From Thermoanaerobaculia bacterium (GTDB lineage Bacteria; Acidobacteriota; Thermoanaerobaculia; UBA5066), in NCBI GenBank assembly GCA_963719225.1, contig CAVRAY010000001.1, positions 864,001 through 928,000 of the forward strand: 64,000 bases of DNA, in the 5' to 3' direction. This document shows positions 56,809 to 64,000 of this stretch, in pieces. A model generated the notes under the pieces. That model had not been told where the DNA came from. It saw only the letters and a program-made list of their open reading frames with translations, and did no database searches. The position numbers were made by a program, and so were the translations under genes. Position 1 is the first letter of the stretch. Every line of letters starts with the position of its first letter.

Positions 56809-58272
56809 GTGCCGTTTCCCGCCGGCGATACGCTGCTCATCCTGCCGGAGCTGTTCCTGACGACGGCCGCTTCGGTCGTCCTCCTCTGGGCGACGTTCGT
56901 GAGCCGCGCGAAGGAGCGCGCCCTCGCCCTTTTCTCGGTCGGCGCCCTCGCCGCGACGGGCCTCCTCCTGTTCGTGTCCGCGCGGCTGGCGGGAGTCCTT
57001 CCCCGGAGCGCCTTCGGCGGCATGCTCGTCATGGACCGGTTCGGCCTTTACTTCAAGGCGATCCTCCTCGTCGTCGGGATCGTGACGATCCTGTTCTCGC
57101 TGCGCTTCGTCGGCGTGTCGCCTTATCCGGGCGGCGAGTACTACGGCCTGATCCTCTTCTCGACAGTCGGCATGCTCTTCATGGCTTCCGGGACGCACCT
57201 CGCCTCGATCGTGGTCGCGCTCGAGCTCATGGCGCTCTCGCAGTACGTCCTCGCGGGCTATTTCAAGCGCGAGACGAAGTCCCTCGAGGCGGCCGCGAAA
57301 TACTTCGTGCTGGGGGCATTCTCGTCCGGCATCCTCATTTACGGGATCTCTCTCGTCTACGGCGCCTCGGGAACGCTCTCTCTCGCGGGCATCGCGGCGG
57401 CCTTCACGGCGGGGAAGACGCCGGCGTTTCTCGTCATCGGGATCATCCTCGTCGGCTGCGGCATGTTCTTCAAGATCGCGTCGGCGCCTTTCCACGTCTG
57501 GGCCCCGGACGTGTACGAAGGCGCGCCCACGCCGATCTCGGCGTTCTTCGCGGTCGGCCCGAAGCTCGCGGCGTACGCGATCTTCGCCCGGATCTTCTTC
57601 GTGGGCTTCGGCCCGCGTGCGGGCGACTGGTCGGCGGTCATCGCGGCCTCGGCGGCTCTCACGATGATCGTCGGGAACGTCGGCGCGCTCATGCAGACGA
57701 ACGTGAAACGGCTCCTCGGCTATTCGTCGATCGGACACGCCGGCTACGTGCTCCTCGGCCTCCTGGCCTACGGGGACGCGGGCGGCATCGGGCTCTGGTC
57801 GATCCTCGTCTATCTCCTCGCCTACGCGTTCATGAACCTCGGGGCCTTCGGCCTCGTGATCCTTCTCGAGTCGAAGGGCTATGCCGGGGAGAGCGTGGAC
57901 GACTTCAACGGCCTCGCGCGCAAGAATCCGTGGATGGCCGCCGCGATGCTCGTTTTCCTTCTCTCTCTCGCCGGGATCCCGCCCACGGCGGGATTCGTGG
58001 GCAAGTACTTCCTGTTCTCGGCGGCGATGAAGGCGGGCTGGTTCTGGCTCGCGCTCCTCGCGGTCCTCATGTCGGCGGTCTCGCTCTTCTACTACTTCCG
58101 GATCGCGCGCGCGATGTATCTCGTCGAGGGCGAGGGCACGCTTTACTGGCGCGAGGAGCCTGCCGTCTCCGCGGCGATCGCGCTCTGCGCCGCCGGGACG
58201 CTCGCGATGGGCATCCTGCCCGGGCCGTTCGTCCAGTTCGCGCGGACGTGTCTCCTGCCGTTCGGGCCGTGA
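56809..58272 (+). CDS. nuoN: complex I subunit N
   Basis: EAAAKYF, PFHVWAPDVYEGAP, KRLLGYSSI, SLAGIPP..GF.GK. Confidence 0.97.
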   Translation: MPFPAGDTLLILPELFLTTAASVVLLWATFVSRAKERALALFSVGALAATGLLLFVSARLAGVLPRSAFGGMLVMDRFGLYFKAILLVVGIVTILFSLRFVGVSPYPGGEYYGLILFSTVGMLFMASGTHLASIVVALELMALSQYVLAGYFKRETKSLEAAAKYFVLGAFSSGILIYGISLVYGASGTLSLAGIAAAFTAGKTPAFLVIGIILVGCGMFFKIASAPFHVWAPDVYEGAPTPISAFFAVGPKLAAYAIFARIFFVGFGPRAGDWSAVIAASAALTMIVGNVGALMQTNVKRLLGYSSIGHAGYVLLGLLAYGDAGGIGLWSILVYLLAYAFMNLGAFGLVILLESKGYAGESVDDFNGLARKNPWMAAAMLVFLLSLAGIPPTAGFVGKYFLFSAAMKAGWFWLALLAVLMSAVSLFYYFRIARAMYLVEGEGTLYWREEPAVSAAIALCAAGTLAMGILPGPFVQFARTCLLPFGP

Positions 58273-58517
58273 GCGAAGAGGGGCCTCGCGGCAGCCCGGA
58301 GTCCCGGCGCTTCCTCGGCGACGTCCTGACGTTCGGCTGGGTCCTGCCGGCGGCGATCGCCGCAGGAGCGGGTCTCGGCTATCTCGGGGATCGCCTTTTC
58401 GGAATCTTTCCGGTGCTGACGGCGACGCTCGGGGTGGTCGGATTCGCCGCGGGCCTCCGGCAGATCTACCGTGAGTCGGGGACGCTTGCCGGCGGCGGCA
58501 AGGGACCTCCGGAGTGA
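58269..58517 (+). CDS. AtpZ/AtpI-family ATP synthase accessory protein
   Basis: Two TM helices with GAGLGYLGDRLFG; GTG start overlaps the nuoN stop. Confidence 0.82.
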   Translation: MSEEGPRGSPESRRFLGDVLTFGWVLPAAIAAGAGLGYLGDRLFGIFPVLTATLGVVGFAAGLRQIYRESGTLAGGGKGPPE

Positions 58518-58933
58518 CCGGCGGAGCCGATCCGACGCCTTCCTGGCCGAACCCGGGCTTTTTCCGCCTCGCGACGATCCTCGGTCTTCTCGGGGCCCTG
58601 GCGCTGGGGGTGCTCGGAAGGTTTCAGGCCGCCCTCGCCTTGACTCTCGGGGCTGCCGTGGCTATCGTCTCGGCGCTCTGGCTGTCGGATCTCGTCGGTC
58701 GCTTCAAGGCGCCCGCACCGGGTGCGCCAGCCCGATTCGACTGGAAATTCGGGCTCAAGGCCGTTCTGAGGTATGCGTTCGTCGGTCTCGTCCTTTGGGG
58801 AACCGTGCGGGCGCTGCCGGCCGACGTCCGGTGGGTTCTCGTGGGCCTTTCGACGGTGGTCGCCGCGGTGGTGATCGACGGGCTTCGCGACCTCCTGACC
58901 GGCCGCCGGAACGGGACGGACACGGCCCATTGA
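58514..58933 (+). CDS. ATP synthase subunit I-like protein
   Basis: Four TM helices, LRY motif; lies between atpZ and atpB. Confidence 0.72.
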   Translation: MTGGADPTPSWPNPGFFRLATILGLLGALALGVLGRFQAALALTLGAAVAIVSALWLSDLVGRFKAPAPGAPARFDWKFGLKAVLRYAFVGLVLWGTVRALPADVRWVLVGLSTVVAAVVIDGLRDLLTGRRNGTDTAH

Positions 58934-58946
58934 GGGCGGAAACGAC

Positions 58947-59741
58947 GTGCATCACGAGCATTCGATATTCTTCGGGCTCTTCAACGCCCTCCTGACCCGC
59001 CTCTTCGGCCCCGTGGAGAGCGCGCCGTCCTGGTGGCGCGACGGGATCGCGCTCGGCACATTCCACGTCGGCGGGATCGCGCCCCGCGGCGAGCACGGCG
59101 AACTCGCGGGCTGGATTCCGGACCACGTCGCGATGTCGATCGCCGTCTTCCTCTTCTGTGCGGTGTTCTTCTTCCTCGCGTCGCGAAGCTATCGCAAGGA
59201 CGCGCCCGGCTCCGCGCAGAACGTGCTCGAGGTCTTCGTGGACTTCCTGCGCGACGTCATCAAGGAGAACATTCCGCATCACGGCGAGAAATACCTGCCG
59301 CTCGCCGGCGCGTTCTTCTTCTTCATTTTCCTGTCCAGCTTCTGCGGGCTCTTCTTCTTCCTGCAGCCGCCGACGGCGAACCTGAACGTCACGTTCGCGC
59401 TCTCGATCACGTGCTTCCTCTTCTTCAACGCCGCCGGAATCAAGGTACACGGGCTCTTCGGCTACCTCAAGCACTTCCTCGGTCCCATGCTGCTGCTCGC
59501 GCCGCTCATGTTTCTGATCGAGATGATCGGCATCTTCGCGCGCGCGCTTTCTCTTTCCATGCGTCTTTACGGAAACATCTTCGGCGAGCACACGGCAACC
59601 AGCATTTTTTCGAACCTCGTCCCGATCGTCGTGCCGTGGCCGATGATGGCGCTGACGATCTTCACGGCGCTGCTTCAGGCGTACGTCTTCACGCTTCTCA
59701 CGACCGTCTACCTGGGCGGAGCCACCGCCCACGAGCATTGA
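58947..59741 (+). CDS. atpB: ATP synthase Fo subunit a
   Basis: PTANLN, LSLSMRLYGN, LQAYVFTLL. Confidence 0.96.
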   Translation: MHHEHSIFFGLFNALLTRLFGPVESAPSWWRDGIALGTFHVGGIAPRGEHGELAGWIPDHVAMSIAVFLFCAVFFFLASRSYRKDAPGSAQNVLEVFVDFLRDVIKENIPHHGEKYLPLAGAFFFFIFLSSFCGLFFFLQPPTANLNVTFALSITCFLFFNAAGIKVHGLFGYLKHFLGPMLLLAPLMFLIEMIGIFARALSLSMRLYGNIFGEHTATSIFSNLVPIVVPWPMMALTIFTALLQAYVFTLLTTVYLGGATAHEH

Positions 59742-59786
59742 GTTTTCGAGAATCGAGCTTTTTCGATCACGAAAGGAGCCCTCGAC

Positions 59787-60104
59787 ATGTCCAAGAGAAT
59801 CCTTCCGGCCGGCGCCCTGGCGGCTCTGGCCCTCCTCCTCCCGAACCTCGCCGTCGCCCAGGAGGCCGTGAAGGCCGGCGCCGGCGCGGGCTGGGGCCAC
59901 CTCTCGGCCGCGATCGCGATCGGCCTCGCGGCGTTCGGCGGCGCGATCTCCCAGGGCCGCACGGCGGTCGCGGCGTGCGAGGGCATCGCTCGGAATCCGG
60001 GCGCAGGCGGCCCGATCCGGGCGATGGCGTTTCTTGCGCTCGTCCTCATCGAGTCGCTCGTCATTTACGCCCTCGTCATCGCCTTCGTCATCAACGGCAA
60101 GTAA
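59787..60104 (+). CDS. atpE: ATP synthase Fo subunit c (with signal-like N-terminal extension)
   Basis: GIARNP loop, IESLVIY; Shine-Dalgarno AAGGAG upstream. Confidence 0.96.
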   Translation: MSKRILPAGALAALALLLPNLAVAQEAVKAGAGAGWGHLSAAIAIGLAAFGGAISQGRTAVAACEGIARNPGAGGPIRAMAFLALVLIESLVIYALVIAFVINGK

Positions 60105-60134
60105 ACCCTTCCCCTTCAGAAAGATGTCCAAACG

Positions 60135-60160
60135 GGCCCCGGATTCCCGGGGCCTTTTTT
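60135..60160 (+). terminator. intrinsic terminator after atpE
   Basis: GGCCCCGG-ATTC-CCGGGGCC-TTTTTT. Confidence 0.9.
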
Positions 60161-60222
60161 CACGCCGCCGAAGCCGAAAGCGGGCGGTTTACGTCTTGCA
60201 TAGGGAGAAGCCGGAGCCCGAG

Positions 60223-60927
60223 ATGGCCGTTTCCGCACCCCAGAAGCCGTTCTCCTCGCCCTCCTCCTGGAATTTCAGGAGCGGGGAGCTTCCCTATGCG
60301 GACGCCCTGTACGGGTCTGCCCTCCGGCTGACGCGAAACCGGCAGGACGCCGAGGATCTCCTGCAGGAGACGTATCTCAAGGCGTTCGCGCACTACGACG
60401 GCTTCACCGAGGGGACGAACCTCAAGGCGTGGCTGTTTCGCATCCTCAAGAACGTCTTCATCAACGGCTACCGGCACACGAAGGCCGGGCCGAAAGAAGT
60501 CGATCTCGGAGCGAGCGGTGACGAAGCTCTCGATGCCGCGGGCTCGAAGGCGCGCGGGGGCGGAGCGAGCTCGACTCCCGAGGAAAGCCTGCTTGCCGCG
60601 ACGCTCGATCGAGAGGTCGCCGACGCGCTCGCGGCTCTGCCGGAGGACTTCCGCCTCGTGGTCGAGCTCGTCGACCTGCAGGACTTCTCCTACCGCGAGG
60701 TGGCCGACATCCTGGAGGTGCCGCTCGGCACCGTGATGTCGCGCCTCTATCGGGGCCGGCGCCTCCTCGAATCGGCGCTCCTCGAATACGGCCGCCGCCG
60801 CCATTACTTCGGCCCGGACGAGCCAACCCGGACGCGGCTCGCCGCGGGATGGCAGGCGGTCCCCCGGGCGACGGGCGGCCGGGATCCGGTCACCCTCTCG
60901 GAATACAGGCGGCGCCGCGAACGTTAG
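60223..60927 (+). CDS. ECF sigma factor (SigR/SigH-like sequence)
   Basis: [43 protein letters not shown]. Confidence 0.94.
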   Translation: MAVSAPQKPFSSPSSWNFRSGELPYADALYGSALRLTRNRQDAEDLLQETYLKAFAHYDGFTEGTNLKAWLFRILKNVFINGYRHTKAGPKEVDLGASGDEALDAAGSKARGGGASSTPEESLLAATLDREVADALAALPEDFRLVVELVDLQDFSYREVADILEVPLGTVMSRLYRGRRLLESALLEYGRRRHYFGPDEPTRTRLAAGWQAVPRATGGRDPVTLSEYRRRRER

Positions 60928-60941
60928 ACACTCCGGGCGAG

Positions 60942-61592
60942 ATGATGATGGATTGCCGAACGGCGAGCCTTTTGATCGAGGCTTACCATGATGACGAGCT
61001 GGAGCTCGTGGACGCGGCCCACCTCCTCGCGCACTTGGAAGAGTGCCCGCCGTGCCGGGACCGGTGCGAGGAAGCGGGAAAGCTCCGGGAGACCCTGAAG
61101 ACCTGCCGCCCCGTGGATCGATGCCCGGAGGAGCTCGCCCGGCGCCTCGCCCGGCAGCTCGACGTCGGAGTGAAACGCCGGCGGACCTTCCCGCGATCCG
61201 TCACGATCGTCCTTGCCGCGGGCTGCGGAATCGCCGTCGGCTGGGCGGCGGTCCGGCTCCGGGTGCTCCCGGTGAGCGGCGTCGCTCTCGCGAGTGCCGT
61301 CCAGAGGGTCGAGGGAGAGTTCGTGTGCCTGCGTTGCGCCATGGGCCGCGGCCTTCCCGGCTCCCGGCTCGAGGGAACCCCTCATCGCCCGCTTCTCCTC
61401 ACGTCGGACGGAAGGCTCTTCGTCGTGAGCGCCCGGAGCCCGGCGGCGACGCGTCTCGAGGTGGACGGGCCGGCGCGCCGGCACGTCGCCGTCATGGCGC
61501 GCCTCGACGATTCGAGCGGCACCGCCGACGTCGTCGACGTCCTTTCCGACTCTCCTGCCGCGGCTTCGGTTTCCTCCGCCGTCGCTCGCTAG
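60942..61592 (+). CDS. ZAS anti-sigma factor with TM helix and C-terminal CxxC domain
   Basis: MDC...YHDDEL...HLEECPPC; TM helix; GEFVCLRC...H..LLTSDGRLF. Confidence 0.88.
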   Translation: MMMDCRTASLLIEAYHDDELELVDAAHLLAHLEECPPCRDRCEEAGKLRETLKTCRPVDRCPEELARRLARQLDVGVKRRRTFPRSVTIVLAAGCGIAVGWAAVRLRVLPVSGVALASAVQRVEGEFVCLRCAMGRGLPGSRLEGTPHRPLLLTSDGRLFVVSARSPAATRLEVDGPARRHVAVMARLDDSSGTADVVDVLSDSPAAASVSSAVAR

Positions 61593-62104
61593 GCTCCCTG
61601 CGAAGCAGCGGGCGTCAGGACCTTCTCGAAGAGGATCGACTCCTTCGTCGAGTCCCCGGCCGCGACCGGAACCAGGTCCACGACGCGGAATCCGTAGAGC
61701 CAGAAAAGGTGGGGGCCGGCGGGCGACGCGGCGAACGATTGCGCGCGGAGGACGACCCGCCGGCGCTCCCGGCATTCCTCGATCCCGCGGAAGAGGAGCT
61801 CGCGCCCGATGCCTCCGTTCCGCTCGGACGCGTCCACGATGAGGCAGTCGAAGCGCGCGGTGTCGGGGTCCGCCGCGTCCCGGCTGACGAGCAGCGCGCC
61901 CACGAGCCGGCCGTCGCGTTCGGCGGTCAGAAGGACGTCGTGCTCGGCGTCGAACGCGGCCGCGTGCGCCGCCGCGTCGGCTCTCACGACCGCGCTCAAC
62001 GCCGGTTCGTACTCCTCGGAGGCGACGCGTTCGATGAAGGCCCGGGCCGCGACGAGCCCGTCGGTCCCGCGGCTCCGATAGACGACGTCTCCCGCCATGC
62101 TCAC
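61589..62104 (-). CDS. GNAT-family acetyltransferase
   Basis: VDASERNGGIGRELL (motif A) and ..YGF; start overlaps the argS stop. Confidence 0.82.
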   Translation of the reverse strand: MSMAGDVVYRSRGTDGLVAARAFIERVASEEYEPALSAVVRADAAAHAAAFDAEHDVLLTAERDGRLVGALLVSRDAADPDTARFDCLIVDASERNGGIGRELLFRGIEECRERRRVVLRAQSFAASPAGPHLFWLYGFRVVDLVPVAAGDSTKESILFEKVLTPAASQGA

Positions 62105-64000
62105 ATCCTGTCCGGCACCGGCACGCCGAGAACGCCGAGGACGTCCGCGAGGTGGTTGGAGACGACCTGGAGCGCGGCACGCCGGGCGCGGCGCGTCGTC
62201 TCGTTCTTCTCCTGCGCGATGGGATGCGTGTGGTAGAGGTGATGAAAACCGGCCGCGACCGCGAGCGCGTGCCTCACGAGGAGCGACACCTCGAGCGTCT
62301 CGCCCACCTTCTCGAACGTATCGAGCGTCCTCGAGCACGTCCTCACGACGTCCCAGAGCCCGTCGTCGAGCTCCGAGGCGGGAAGCCCCGCGAGGCCGGC
62401 GATCTCCTCGGCGTCGAGGCGGCCCGTGAGGCCGGTCTCCTCGAGCTTGCGAAAGATGTTCGCGGCGCGCACGGCGGCGTACTGGAGATACGGCCCCGTG
62501 TCGCCTTCGAACGCGAGCGCCTCGTCGAGGTCGAACGCGATGACCTTGTTCCGCGAGAACCGCGTCATGTACACCCTCAGCGCGCCGACGGCGATCGCCT
62601 CGGCACGGCCGGCCTCCGGAGGCTCGTTCGACCGCGACTGGATCTGGTCCTTCGCCTTCTCGACGAGCTGGTCGAGGAGATCGTCCGCCTTGACGCCGAG
62701 GCCGCGGCGCCCCGACATCTCGACGAACGGACGCGCGCGGTCCTCGTCCGTCAGCTCCACGCCGAGCGCCTCCGCGGAGGCCGGCGTGAGCGCGACCATC
62801 TCGTACGCGAAGTGGACGGACCGGTCGGCCGCCTCCGGATAGCCGGCGCGCCGGACCGCTTCCTTGACGACCTTCTGGGGATAGGACTGGCGCACGTCGA
62901 TCACGTTGATGACCTGGGTTCCGTGGCCGAAGCGCCCGCGCGCCGAGGGATCGGCGCCGGCCTCGTCGTGTCGGGTCCGGTAGAGCGGGGAGACGCCGTC
63001 CGAGGCGTGAAACTCCGGCGAGCCGTCGACGTCCCGGTATGGAAGCTCTTCGTACTCGAAGTCGATCCCGAGGACGCCGAGCTTCCAGAGCTGGTAGGCG
63101 ACGTCCTTTCCCGTGTACGTGACCGTTCCGTTCGAGCGCACGAGGATCTTGTCCGCGTCCTCCATCCCCTCGAACTCGGGAGATCCTTCGAGAGGCATGA
63201 CCCAGCACCCCGCGTTCTTGCCGTCGGTTTCGAGGCGCGCGGCGCCGGCCCTTTGCAGGAGCTCGAAGGCCTTCACCCAGAAGCGGCGCGCGAGGATGTC
63301 GCTTTCGCGGGGCAGGAGGTCGTAATTCACGCCCACGCGTTCCATCGTGAGGAGGTGGCAGCGCACGACGGCCTCGGCGAGGCGCCCGGCGAGAGCGGAC
63401 GTCGCGGCGCCTTCGTCGTCCAGGTCCTCGCCCAGGGCGGCGCCCTCGATCGCATGAAGCGTGGCACGCCGCTTCTCCTCGAGAGAGGGATCGGCCGCGT
63501 AGCTCCGGATCGCGAGCGCGTAGAGGTCCCAGGCGAGGTCGCCCAGCCTGCGCGGCGCGACGCCGGGCGCGTGCTCGGGGAAGGCGTCCAGGATCTCCCG
63601 GATCTCCTCGCCGAGGCGCTTCGCGCGCGAGCTTTCGACGAGCTCCCCGGGGTTCTGGAGAGCGACGACGACGTCGGCGACCTGGACGCCCGTGTCGTCG
63701 AGGTAGTTCTGGATCTCGACCCGCCGCCCGAGCCTCTTGAACGTGCTCACGAGGACGTCGCCGAGAACGGCGTTCCTCAGGTGCCCGATGTGGGCCGCCT
63801 TGTTCGGGTTGATGTTCGTGTGCTCGATGATGAGCTTGCCGGCCGCTTCGGGCGCGGCGAGCGCTGTCCTTCCGGCGGCCAGCATCATCCCGAGGACGCG
63901 CGGCCGGTCGACGAAGAAGTTGAGGTAGCCGCCGCCCTCCACGGTGCGCTTGACGACGAGAGCGGGCAGCGCGAGCGCGGGCGCGATCTCCTCGGCGAGC
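62101..64000 (-). CDS. argS: arginine--tRNA ligase, 5' end outside the window
   Basis: GGGYLNF, EHTNINPNKAAHIGHLRN, EMSGRRG, GDTGPYLQY, C-terminal P.RM. Confidence 0.96.
   Translation of the reverse strand, partial: LAEEIAPALALPALVVKRTVEGGGYLNFFVDRPRVLGMMLAAGRTALAAPEAAGKLIIEHTNINPNKAAHIGHLRNAVLGDVLVSTFKRLGRRVEIQNYLDDTGVQVADVVVALQNPGELVESSRAKRLGEEIREILDAFPEHAPGVAPRRLGDLAWDLYALAIRSYAADPSLEEKRRATLHAIEGAALGEDLDDEGAATSALAGRLAEAVVRCHLLTMERVGVNYDLLPRESDILARRFWVKAFELLQRAGAARLETDGKNAGCWVMPLEGSPEFEGMEDADKILVRSNGTVTYTGKDVAYQLWKLGVLGIDFEYEELPYRDVDGSPEFHASDGVSPLYRTRHDEAGADPSARGRFGHGTQVINVIDVRQSYPQKVVKEAVRRAGYPEAADRSVHFAYEMVALTPASAEALGVELTDEDRARPFVEMSGRRGLGVKADDLLDQLVEKAKDQIQSRSNEPPEAGRAEAIAVGALRVYMTRFSRNKVIAFDLDEALAFEGDTGPYLQYAAVRAANIFRKLEETGLTGRLDAEEIAGLAGLPASELDDGLWDVVRTCSRTLDTFEKVGETLEVSLLVRHALAVAAGFHHLYHTHPIAQEKNETTRRARRAALQVVSNHLADVLGVLGVPVPDRM

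Noticed and set aside
58269-60104. N-type ATPase operon
   Set aside because: N-ATPase order is atpDCQRBEFAG. Here there is no atpDC upstream and a terminator follows atpE.
61323-61340. Heme c attachment site in the anti-sigma C-terminal domain
   Set aside because: The motif is CLRCA, not CxxCH.

Overview
A very GC-rich chromosomal window from a diderm bacterium. The 16S 3' end and gene content suggest Acidobacteriota; this is an inference. In order, it holds: partial waaA; an ECF sigma factor, a zinc anti-sigma and a 'mini-secretin' heading a 10-gene type IV-filament (T2SS-like) cluster with a TPR-secretin-cohesin protein and three pseudopilins; an SGNH hydrolase; an M16 peptidase, dut and an MBL hydrolase; and a fragmented purine region (purS, purQ, purL, purF, purM, purN). 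That region is interleaved with decayed toxin-antitoxin modules, a pxpBCA 5-oxoprolinase plus permease, thioredoxins and ADP-heptose/LPS-core genes. Next come a complete rRNA operon (16S, tRNA-Ile, tRNA-Ala, 23S, 5S), gmd and a MidA/NDUFAF7-type methyltransferase. These are followed by an 11-subunit complex I operon lacking nuoEFG that runs straight into atpZ-atpI-atpB-atpE, then a second ECF/anti-sigma pair, a GNAT and partial argS. I saw no CRISPR array, transposase or integrase. Frameshifts in homopolymers (purL, purM, probably the SGNH gene) look like long-read errors. Most notable: the ECF-linked filament system with a free miniature secretin, the MidA-nuo(no EFG)-Fo supercluster, internally deleted TA modules, and a recurring leaderless promoter layout. 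All assignments come from motif recognition by eye; no searches were run.
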